Shown: piece by piece, positions 52,494 through 64,000 of the stretch
Numbering within the stretch: the first letter of the stretch is position 1
How the letters are laid out: every line of letters starts with the position of its first letter
NCBI GenBank assembly: GCA_903813345.2
Contig: CAIIXF020000001.1
Location: 39,928,001 to 39,992,000, forward strand
Origin: Owenia fusiformis
Lineage: Eukaryota
Length of the DNA stretch: 64,000 nucleotides
Direction of reading: 5' to 3'
Made by a program: the position numbers and the translations under genes
Notes under the pieces: generated by a model
Database searches by the model: none
What the model was told of the DNA's origin: nothing
Seen by the model: only the letters and a program-made list of their open reading frames with translations

Positions 52494-55400
52494 TTACAAG
52501 TCCTTTCCAAGGAGTTCAATTTCAGACACAACAAAATCCATGGATTCCTGAGTTGTTTTGAGATTCGAGATAACCATGCGAAAGAAGTTGGGTTTTTCCT
52601 CCAAGGGTTGGTACCCTATCAGTAATGATCCCTTCTCCATCATTCTCTGTTTTATCACTGGGGCTACCTGGAAAACATAAAATCATATTTATAATGAGGA
52701 GTGTCATTGTTTTTGACACCCTATAATATGTATAGAACAACAGTTTATTCTCCATCAACAAGAGTGAGCAGTGCAAATGAGTGCTGTTATTTGATATCTA
52801 CAAAGTTATCACTGAAAATGATCTGATATTGGGTTCATCAAAAAATCCAAATGCATTTATCGTTCATATAATTTATACAATAGGATGAAACGTAAGTATA
52901 AACAATTTTTTCTGAATCTTGAAAGTTGAACCGAACTGTGATAGCCTTATAGGGTGCTATTCTCTTCATTCACCACCCAATTTAACTTTGAATAAAGAGT
53001 GCAACAAAATTACCTGGTATCTAAGCTACAAAACTTTTTGACCAAAATAGATTTCAAATCTCACAACATATTTTATGCGTGGCAGTTTAATTTATCAAAT
53101 ATTATTCTAGCATCACAACATTTACTCTTATCTTTTTATATTGCTGTCAATCATCGTACTTGAGTCTCGCAAGTGAAGTATATTGAGATAAATTTATACT
53201 CAAGTGAAGTATACATGATTTTATCATGGACCTTTTTGAGATCATACACTTGTAATATTGGTTGTCAATTTATCAAATGTTATTGAAGGTGGTGTGTGCA
53301 ACTGCCTAATCAAGTATGCACAGTGTGACATACCTTCATTTCATTTATTCGTTTTCTTTTAATAATGAGAGTAAGAAATACAGACAGATTAAGGTGGGCA
53401 CATCCTATTGCAAGATATGCAGTACCATTACTATTACTTTTACAGTTTAGTTTAATTTTACAATTGAAGGAGTCTTGCGATTTTTGCAAGATAGTGTTAA
53501 GCATCACATTTAAGTGACAAAACAGTCATGACAGTGCAATGGCATTCCAAATTAAGTGTTTTTTTGAATACCCAGAATCCAGAATCATAAATTTTGCAGA
53601 CATTAGAAATTGATAAATTAATTTTTCTGCTCTTCATCCTTAGAAATGATTGAAAATGAAATGACCAAATATTTGAAAAACTGACTTACTTAAGCTTTTT
53701 CATTTTTGCAAGAGATAATCATTGATTGGCACAGAAGTAAATCAAGTACTTTTAGTAGATTTCATAATATGCACTTGTCAAGATGAGAGACTTGTTTGAT
53801 AACATAATAGAGCCTTGAAAGAGGAAGGTCACATAGATTGATCCATTTCTATAAAGGATAGCCAATAAAAATCATATATATGAAGTTATAGATTATTTTT
53901 AACTAGTAAAAGGTCTAGATGACACAAAGGAAAATTACCAAATAGTGTACATGACATAATAAAATAAGGCATTAACATGACAAATGTCAACATATAGTAA
54001 GCTATTGCAAATGGTTAAAAAATATTATTAACCAAATCCACTTATTTGTTGCCATGGTAATATTCAATTCAATGTGACCACGCAATTCTTAAGTTCCAGC
54101 ATGTAAGAAATGCAAGAAATGTTTAAAGACAAATAATCTGTTTCCGTGGTAACATATATTCATTGCCAATGCCAATGTAATTGGAACAGCAAAAATATAT
54201 GTGTTGACAATAAAAATTTCAAGTCCATGGGAATGCTATTCTTTGAATTATTGCAAACGGTTACAAAATGTTACAAATCCACTTATTTGTTGCCATGGTA
54301 ACAGATAGCCGAAGAAATGTTCTTGGAACTCATAAAATGTTTGCATATGTTCATAGTAAAATTTTGCAGTCAGTCTAAACAGTCCTTGTTACACTACCTC
54401 TTAAATTATTGTTAATGGTTACAAAATGTTAGAAGTCCACTTATTTGTTGCCATGGTAACAGATATTGGCAGAAATATAAATTAGAACTCATTTATTATT
54501 TGTTCACAGTAAAAGTTTGTAAGTCAGTCTAAACAGTACTTGTTGAGTTATTGGAAGTTGTAAGAATGACTGTCAAACACCATCCACAAACATATAACAA
54601 AACAAATATGCAATATTTGTACATTGATGAACATGTGTATCCATGTCATGTACAGGGTTGTAGTTATTTCAAAAATGCACACTCAGCACAGTCATCTCAG
54701 CCACTGTGTGCACTCAGATCAAAGGGGTCGGCATATACATATTTTTTCATTTTTTGAAATGCATGGTATCAGGCCTGTATGACCATATTTGTAATTTGAT
54801 AATGCAATTAAAAAGTCCTGCCAAATATGGATTTCATGTTGCCGTAGGTGACCTAGAAAAGGGTTGGGGGCACGGTGAACACAAGATTTTTGAGAAGACA
54901 CTGACAGGTGAAATCTGAGCATTTCTGAGGATTACAAATAATTTACTTTAAAAAACCTATATTCATGACTAACATCACTAACTGGCAATTATAATATTAT
55001 CATACATGTCATGCTTAATAACTATATTTTGATAAATAGTCAAACTGATAAAACCATCATTCATTCATAACATTAAATAAATTCATAGTCTGGTAATTTT
55101 GATTCTGTTTATTAGTATTCATTGTCACAAACTGTATTTTGTAATTAAACATTTAAAAAAAAATATTGATGACAATGAATACGAGCCAACGGTATCATTC
55201 ATTTAGTTATACTGTTCTTAATTAACTGTGAGAGGCTTTAATTTCCCCAACAAATTATTGATTACAGTCCTTTAAGTATGAATGTGTGAAAAGAGAGAAT
55301 AAGAAAAAACTTTCTCTTCTCTTCATTTTTTCGCATGATCATGAATAAATCAATTCCTAAAATGAGTTACTTTGTTTTTTATGCTTAAATTAATATTTAG

Positions 55401-58400
55401 TCAAAGCTTTGATTGGCTCATGGAATAATTCGCCCATGCTGAGTACACTATGGCTTCAAATTCTAGATGTTAAACTTCTGATGAAGAGAATTATAGTTGA
55501 TACTTTATTGGATGCAAATAAAAAGGTAAAACATTGTCCACAATAGGTTCAGCTTTAAAGCAGATCAAAGGCACTTAAAATTAAATGGTTAAAATAAATC
55601 ATTCAATTGAGTTTAATCAAGAAGTTTAATGTGATACGAATTAATCTCATATTCTAACTTGGAAGGTCAATGACAGATATTATAAAACAAAGCTGACAGT
55701 TGATCACACTTATTAAATCAAATGACAATATATGTTGAAAATCCCCCACAAAAATTCAGAATCTTTGCCCCCATATTTAACGTTATATAGGCTTTACTTT
55801 TCCTTGTTTTGTTGTTTTGCACTTAAAGATCCCAAATTACCAGTTGCTAATTTCTTAAAATCACAAATTCTCAAACAGATGAGCTGGATTTGTAAAAGAG
55901 CCATTTCTGATGTTAGAATTTTTAAGGAGAGCTAACTAAGGTGTAGCAAGTTTAAACACCTAAAGATTCTACTTAACTCTGCCCTTCCTCATACCAAAAT
56001 ATTGACAAATCAAGTTCAAGGCAAAACATCATATGATCTTCTTGATAACCTTATCTAAATAAACTAGAAAACAGCAACTCCACAGAGTAGCAAATCCCAC
56101 TGAACATATTTTATTAAATACTTGGTCACTTTGGACATTACATTTTTAACAAAACATGATACATTTCTCTTGAAGTTACCATGGCGGCCAGTTTGAAGTA
56201 CTAGTAAGTGGTCATATTGGAAATTCATTCTTGAATGCAGACGCCCTCTGCCCCATAGTATTCACATACCAAATATGAACAAAATCACTCCACCACTTTT
56301 CAAGTTACAGCAAAAATCATAAAATGACATGCAAAGGCAGCCATTTTTCAAGATGTATTACATATATTTTTACATTTCTAGCTTAATTAATGTCCTCTAT
56401 AACTTTTTTACATATAAACATATTGCTATTCCAGTTTTATATACAGTACCTAAAGTACTGTAAAATCGGCACTAAAATGGCTGCCATTTTTTAACAAGTG
56501 GCCATTTTGAAAATTGGTTTTCGAGCATAACTTTTACTCCCATACTGTGTACAAAATATGAACAAAATCGGGTCAATTTGATGAGATAATAATTCCACTT
56601 TTATTTCTTGGTAGGGAAATAAAGAAGAAATGAATGAGACAATAAAAAGATATTGAATTTAAAATAATATTAATTTTGTCAAACTTGCATTCATGAATTC
56701 TAACATATTTGTTGAGTCAGTAAAAAGAACCAATGAATGTCAATGTATACAATTAAACCCACTAAATTCCTCGAATTGACAGTCCTCAACACCATTATTT
56801 CTAGCCTGGTAAAAAATACACCTATTAAAGCTACAAGGTAAATAATTAACATTTTTACAGTGGAAAGTTTTTCAATGACAACTGCTGGTGGCAGCGGTGA
56901 TGGCATCAGTGATGACCCTTTCTATGGACATGTGCTGTATCAATAATAGCTGATATGATTGATTCAGACATGCAGGGTGGCATATTGTCATTACTCTTTT
57001 AAAGGAATATTCCTTGCCAAACCATCTCTCTCCTCATATGGTAGATATATAGGGGTTATGCACTGGGAGGTTTTGGATACAGGGAATATCCCGAGGGATA
57101 TTAATATACAATATATTTTCCCGAGGGACCGAAGGGACCGAGGGAAGAAGTATTGTATATCCCAAGGGATATTCCCTGTATCCAAACCGACCGTGCATAA
57201 CTGGTGTATCTCATACTTGAGTGGGTTTAGGGTAGATATAACCTTTTCCACCTTTTTCAAATGACAAGATATTTATATTTAACATTTTCGTAATATTCTT
57301 TTTGTTCAATACAATGAAACTGTAACATTTAAACTTTTTAAAAATTCCCGGGAGCGGGATGGATATATTATATCTGCCCGCATTTGGCCTGGAGCGGGAC
57401 ATATACAATATATCCTGCCCGCTCCTCAGATACGATATATATTCCCGGGTGATATCTACCCCAAACCCACTCAAGTATGAGATACAACCATATATGTGCT
57501 TGCCATGTTTAGCAAAACACGCAAAAATGTTTTGATATGGTCAAATTTGATCACTTAGAAATGTGATGCTCAATTCCAGTAAGCTGCCATCTTTTAAAAT
57601 TTCACACAGGAAGTGATGTCATCGACTCTCAACTTTGCATATAGCATAAGGTGAGGAGCTATTGGGAATTACAAAACCAGCTAAATATTCTTTTTCAACT
57701 TTGTATCTTATTTAATCCTTCTGAAAATCTCTTCTTTTATTCTAAGTTGACAAGCCCTGAAAATATTTTTGCACAGAAAGTAATGATCACTTGTCTAGAA
57801 GTGATTTTGTGCTACTTTCCTATACTGTTATGGGCAAGGTTATAGAAGTTGAGAGTTGATGACATCACTTCCTGCAAGAAATCTTAAAAGATGGCAGCTC
57901 ACTGGAAATAAGCACTAGATTTTTAAATGATCAATATTGACCATATTAAAATATTTTCCCATGTTTTGCTAAATATGGAAACTATATATGATTATAGCTA
58001 CCATATCAAGAGAGAAAGGGTCTGGCAAGGAATATTCCTTTAAGGTGAACTTAAACCAAATGTTGTGCATGCTTGTTTACTTTTACTATAATAGCTGATG
58101 TATTTATTATCATATCAGCCCATATATGTCCTTCACCAAAGTTAGGTAATAGTAATTCAAAATTAATCACATGATGCATTTGTTATACAACTTGTTTTGC
58201 CAAGTGACATTCCCATATGTGAACACAGCGTGTTTGTGACTTTAACCCCCATATAACGGTTTAACCATTTATATAACAGCTTTTACTATGTTAATCAAAA
58301 TATGGTAATGTGAAATGTTTCAATTTAATTTCAAAAAGTTGATTTTGAAGGACATTTTGTGAATTTATTTCAAATAAAATTTAAGTTGTCACGCCCATGA

Positions 58401-59834
58401 AAATAATGTGTTTTACTGCATTGAGTGCTCTATTTTCTAAATGACAGGAATGGGTTATAAGATGAAGATTTTTTGGAAACAGTTTTTCAAGTCATGAAAA
58501 ATAATATTTAAATGATTAAACTATATTTTCAAACTTTGCACAGGGGCTTTAAATATTATTTATAGAATTTTCTTGGCTCAAATGCAATCAGAGTGAAGTG
58601 GGGAGGGGTTCACATTTATAAGGGCTTGTCACTAGACTATCAATATATATACATATTTCTTTTATTGACAAAAGTGTCAAAGCATGACACATTAGTCTAT
58701 GTACAAACTAAGAAACTAATCTTAGCTAAAAACTAACAATAAACTATGAGAATGCATGGATAAAATTGAAAACTCAAACATTGATGAAATCCCAAGAATA
58801 TCTGAGGATAAAAATCTTAGAGGGGTTAATAAAACTCATGGGAAAGAATTTCTTGAACGATGCAAATCATCAGACATGAGAATACTTAAAGGGGCAACAA
58901 GGCCTGTAGAGAGAAAATAGGAAAATTTTAACTTTTTCTGAGCTAACAAGGCAACATTGGCTTAACATCTTCTTTGACATACCTATTTTCTTAAAATATA
59001 TGGATAAACTATCAATTTCAGCATTAAGAAGTGTAAATTCAGTTCAAAGCTTGAAAAAGGGGAAATCCACTTTTTCAATTTTAAGATCCACCATGTTTCA
59101 ATAGGAATATCAGCTAAAATAATGTTTATCTAGAGGGTTTCTTTGTAGATAATAAAAATAGATGTTAGTTGTGATATAATATCCAAACTTAAATACATTT
59201 TGACACTGGTCCATGATCGTTGAATGGCCCTTCTGCACGAATTGTTGCACCTTTAATATGCGATAAATTTCTTGAATCAATATAAAATGAGCAGAGTATC
59301 ACAGACATATTAATGATTATCAAGCTTGGTCTACGTCAGGCTGGACATTTTCCACATGTCCATCCATGCTTTTATTGACTGTCATATTTCAAATACCAGG
59401 ATCATAAATTCAAGATAATTAAAATCAATTCATATTACTTTAGTTCTCTTTACTTCCAACTGTTATTGTTATATACACTGACTGAAAATATCATTAATTA
59501 ATGCAGCAAATCATGGTATGTATATTTGTACCCCTTGGACTCCCAATTCCATCTTTTGTTTAAAAATGAAATTGAATTGATAATATGATTTAGCATTCAG
59601 AGTTTGTTATTTCTGAATGAATGCAGTTTTAGTCTCTTAGCAAATAATATCAAATTGATTATTCAGCACAAACTTTAAAATTATTCCAATTGGTTCAATT
59701 CTATTCAAGATGCAAGACTATATGAAAATGATATGAGCCCTCACCTTTCCAAGATCTGCCCACCATTCGGGAGTTTCTTCTTGACCACGTAGTCTTGGAG
59801 GAATGTACCAGAAACACACATTTGTGCACTCAGG
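52494..59834 (-). CDS. Second (tandem) CSAD/GADL1-like decarboxylase, last two exons only: 59745-59834 and 52494-52667
   Basis: cag|[30 protein letters not shown]|gtgag, then cag|[57 protein letters not shown]. The frame is intact, with a phase-0 intron of ~7 kb. Upstream exons were not found and presumably lie beyond 64000. Confidence 0.9.
53901..54545. repeat. Degenerate repeat with three copies of tccacttatttgttgccatggtaa (HINE-like remnant)
   Basis: The motif occurs at ~54037, 54278 and 54436; gtcagtctaaacagt occurs twice; the region begins aactag. Confidence 0.55.
56062..56650 (-). mobile_element. Probable HINE-like element; related end fragment at ~61396-61440
   Basis: aactagaaaacagcaactccacagagtagcaaatccca recurs as aactagaaaaacggcaactccatagagtggtaaatccca (a CTAGTT end plus short hairpin on the minus strand). 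Confidence 0.45.
56999..58043. mobile_element. TTAA-flanked palindromic MITE (Kolobok-like) with a nested insertion at ~57050-57487
   Basis: Ends are TTAA|AGGAATATTCCTTGCCA.ACC and GGTCTGGCAAGGAATATTCCT|TTAA. The arms keep pairing after the insert (caggaagtgatgtcatc / gatgacatcacttcctg). Confidence 0.85.
58782..58889 (+). mobile_element. Short LINE (non-LTR retrotransposon) endonuclease-domain fragment
   Basis: Translates as DEIPRISEDKNLRGVNKTHGKEFLERCKSSDMRIL(N), matching the RxSxD..N..G..L..C....L.ILN pattern of APE-type LINE ORF2. It is cut off at the TTAA of the next MITE. Confidence 0.65.
58886..59256. mobile_element. TTAA-flanked MITE (Kolobok-like termini)
   Basis: Ends are TTAA|AGGGGCAACAA and TTGTTGCACCT|TTAA. 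Confidence 0.65.
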
Positions 59835-61502
59835 CTGCAAATAAAGTGAAAGATTGTATACTGCATCAGTTTTTATCAAATATTTGGTTAACAAGTGTTG
59901 AATTGATTTGTGTAATCAAATGTTGCCTTTTGTGCTTTCGAATTGTTTAACTATGCTCTGTTCTTGTTTGTCTGTAATTATTATAAAATAAAATAAACTG
60001 GAACCTGGTTAATGCGGAGGTGAGGTAATCTAAACAAAGGGTCATTTAGTACTATGGTGAAGAGGGTAACCCTGGGATATGTGGAATGGACCTAGACCAT
60101 ACATACAATTGACACAACTCTAAAAGTTGGTTGGTTTTGTTAAGGTATACTCGTGCAAAGGGAGGGAAATTCCCTTTGAAAGATTTAGTCAGCTGGGCAA
60201 TTGTTTTTTATATTGAACCATTTACATGCAACAGTAACACATATTATAATCATTTTAAATATGAATGGATATACATGCACAATTAAATGAGAGAGAATGT
60301 GTATGATGATGACAATACTAAAATTACCTGGCCATTTACAGGCGATACTTCTAAGTAAACATTATTTTTCACCTTGAAGGTTCAAGATGTGTGCAGGCGT
60401 CGATCATAACTATTAAATAACATCAGCAATCTGATATGGGTTCATTATATCAAATCTGTCAAGATTTTGCATTACATTTCAAAATTGAACATGTTGTACT
60501 ATTGTATTCAGGTATCCCTAATCTATCAAGCAGCAGACATAACAATAACAATTGAAACCTGCAGACATAACAATGCTTATCAACAACAAAGTTCACGACT
60601 TGATTTTTATGAACTCCAAAAAGTTCAACTAAGGTCATTTCTGTAAAACAGCAAGTAGCGGGATTTTCCACTCAGAATCAAAACAGGATATTGAACTTCA
60701 TAATAATAATGTATAAATGTATACTATTTATAACATAATGTTACATTGCTGCACCCTGATTTGGCTGTGAATCAAATCAGTGTGCGTTGTACCATCTGAT
60801 GATAATTATAACAGATATGGGAAGGGAAAGATTTAGGGGAAAATTTTAGATTTTTGGTAATTTTTAATCCCCAGTTATGTGATGTTTGTAAACAAAATAT
60901 TATTGGAAGTGTCATCAAGCTGCAAGGAAAATGTTAAGATCTCAAAGGGTCTTGCAATTCTAGAATACTTTTTGAAACTGATTTGCATGAATTGTCGATG
61001 GCGAGTTAACTTTAAAACTAATTGACTTAATTTAATCGTCAAAGATATTTATTCAAAAATGCTGTCAGGTAAATCAAAATTAATTCTACTTTGTGCAATT
61101 TATACAATTCTAATATAAACTTCTTTCTTCACACTCTAAACGCCCAAATGTAAACACTTGTTAATTTCATTAAATATTATAGTTCGCTTTAGTGATATGG
61201 TAATATTCTTTAGTAGAAAATCATTAATTCTGAAATTTTTCGAACATGAGGACAAAGTTCCGCAGGTTAAATCAGATGGTCTTAACAATAATTCCATTCC
61301 AAGTCAGCTCTAAACAGGGTACCCCTTTGCTAATGCACTATTTTTGTACAGGGGCATGTAAAACATGTTTAATACTGTCAGATAATAAATAAACAACTAG
61401 AAAAACGGCAACTCCATAGAGTGGTAAATCCCAATAAACTAAACAAACTTTGATAAATAAGGATAGTGATCGACCCATGGCCCTGTGCTCACACAGTGAA
61501 TA

Positions 61503-61877
61503 TAGATGCGAGTAGAAATAATCTTGTCATATTTGAAATCTACAGTACATGTAAAAGTAAGTCTAGAAATATGGTTTCAAAATTGTTGATCAACATTTTT
61601 TTGAAAATGTGACTTCTATAGTCCTGGGAGATTTCCCATAGACCTCATGTTATAAAATCACAAAAAGTTAAATATTTTTTCTTGTATTGGACAGATGATA
61701 TTGTCTTTTACTGGACATATTTAAATTTGTATAACTATCAGATACATAAGGGTGATATGAAAACTGAACCACTAAAACTGATGAATATTCAAGTTAAAAG
61801 GAAGTTTCTACTATAACTGCTATGCTATCTGACCTGAATGAGCCACCTGATGGTGAAACTGGTAACCACCTACTCGC
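61503..61877 (+). mobile_element. Fourth copy of the dispersed MITE family (cf. 25214)
   Basis: Starts tagatgcgagtagaaataatc and ends gagccacctgatggtgaaactggtaaccacctactcgc. Confidence 0.75.
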
Positions 61878-64000
61878 TTAGACTAAGCTTGTATTCGCAA
61901 ATGCAACAAAAATAGTAGGTTAATCTGGTAGCCGACAGGTGTTAGTTGCATGGACCAATGGACAGATGGACGGAAGGACACCTAGTCGATCCCATACTAT
62001 ATCTATTCAATCCTATAACTTTTTACTCTATCTATGATATTCTTAGGAATTTTCCCCATATGTTATGCTCAAAAATATCAATACATGTACATTCGCATTC
62101 TAAGTGATTTTACATTCAATAGAATAACTCTTTTTTAATATATGTACTCAAGAATACTTTTTTATAATTCATTCCTATTCAATGAACTTGAAATATACTG
62201 TCAGGTCATTACCATCAAGATTTCTTTCAAATAAGATCAATTGAGTAAATATTGGACTTGATTTTTTGAACACAAGTTTATTCCATAAGTCAACTAAAAA
62301 TATATAAAAAATATATACAAAAACAATTTAGCAGCAATTTTAATCAATAAGAAAAGGAATACACCAAAGTTAAATAGTCTTTTCTAGGTTCTGAACAAAT
62401 TCCCAGTATATTATTTTACTAATCTTTGACTGAGTAAGGAACTTTTGTACATGTGCTTTATTTCTTTCATAATCAGTGATATTTAGACAGGTTCCAATTT
62501 CAGAATATCTCAAGGGAAAGACTTTTTGAGGCATTTTTTAGAAAAAGCAACTGACCTATTTTTTCTGGATCAGTTTTTCATGCTGATAAAGATATTAAAA
62601 GATGACAGCTCAACGGGGTGGTCACGACACTGCATTTTAGCGTTTTTACCCCCCTAGGAAATTATCTTAGGGGATACTATAATATTAGTTCATAACTCGA
62701 AGGATATATAAACTATTGTTCTGAGTTCTACAGCATACATTGTTAGTACAGAGATGAATACTATCCTAAAGTTATAGGTTGATATCTTTGTTGGTTTCGG
62801 AAAAATACAATTAATTAGAAAAAATATGCAATTATTGTCATTTTTTCTTGTTTATTTTATATTTGTAGCTTCAAGCAAAATGTGATAACTTTAACAGCTC
62901 AAAGTAGTATTCTAACAACATTCCCAAGCTATGTTTGATATTGTAATACATCTATTATAGTGATGAAGTACTATTTTGTAATTTTAATATGACTTTATAA
63001 TGCCCTACCCCTGGTAAATAGAAGAAAGTTGGTGTGGTTTTCTTCTGGTTTTAACATTTTATTGACTTCTTAGTTGAAGATACAATCAATTCTGTCAGTT
63101 AACCATGAGTACCTTTACAATGGTTAACTATTCCCATGAATAGAGGGTTGGGACCTCAAAAATACCAGAACTGTTAAGTGGCATCCTTGGGCATCCCTCT
63201 TCAGAGCATTTTCCTTATACTCCGATGAAATCTGCAGGGGATACTATAAGAAACCTATATATCTTAGATACTAATGAAGATACTGAATTCAAATTTTCAG
63301 GATTTGGTCCTGGTATGATAGGTAATCTGTATGACAAAAATGACAAAAAGAAAAAACTCTGTTGCCATAGTAACAAGAATGCCACACTATTTGTTTCCTA
63401 AGAAATGTGTTTTAAGAGGTTTTGTCATTCTCTTCATATTTTTAATTCTAAATATGTCTACAATGTGGGATGATTAGAATAATGGTAAAGTAATCTTTTC
63501 TATTGTTTTATTGTTCTCTAAAACAGAAGTTGCTAAGGCACATAGATATATAGAAAAAATGATGGGATGATCACTCTATTTGTCAGGAAATTAAAATGGA
63601 AACTGAAAAATGAGTTTCTTCCCACTGAATAGCAATTAATTTGGTAGACCGATGGCTGACACGCACAAGAGAAAACGTTTATCAGTTCTATGTCATTGTG
63701 TTGTTATTTTTATTTATCGTGGTCTGGGACTTATAACACCTAATGCCGAGTCTTCTCCAACTGCAAAGGAAGGCAAGATTTTAATAATGAACATTCATAT
63801 ATCTCAACAAATATGGCCTAAGACAATGATGAGGAAACTCTGAGGGAAAATTAGACGAAACATTAATGTGAGTGTTCCAAAAATAACACTAACATGTTTT
63901 GGAAAAGTTATGCTCTCGGGTGAATCAGTGCTCATTTAAGGATAGTCTGAATCAGGTGAATTTTTTAACCTAATTGTACCCCTCCCCAAAACCCCCAAAT

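Noticed and set aside
60000..64000. Further upstream exons of the second decarboxylase
   Set aside because: I found no segment matching the expected exons; the region looks like intron with repeat debris.

Overview
AT-rich, intron-rich animal genomic DNA, probably from a marine invertebrate or lophotrochozoan (inferred from the repeat landscape). I assembled six spliced genes by hand using GT-AG sites and phase continuity. They are a clathrin light chain (- strand, 3' exon not found in the window) head-to-head with a TBCEL-like gene (+), SNRNP25 (-) head-to-head with POLR3K (+), and two tandem PLP-dependent acidic amino acid decarboxylases of the CSAD/GADL1/ADC family (-), one complete and one seen only as its last two exons. 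The rest is introns and intergenic DNA with a decayed Academ-type transposase, a Tc1 relic, many MITEs (some nested, some with clear TSDs), Helentron/HINE-like elements and 68-bp and 76-bp satellites. I found no CRISPR array, RNA gene or prokaryotic system. The most notable points are the SNRNP25-POLR3K divergent pair (same arrangement as in human), a candidate 12-nt neural-type microexon in clathrin light chain, a ~2-kb nested foldback in SNRNP25 intron 1, a repeat-derived acidic insert in TBCEL, and the decarboxylase duplication with an intron difference.
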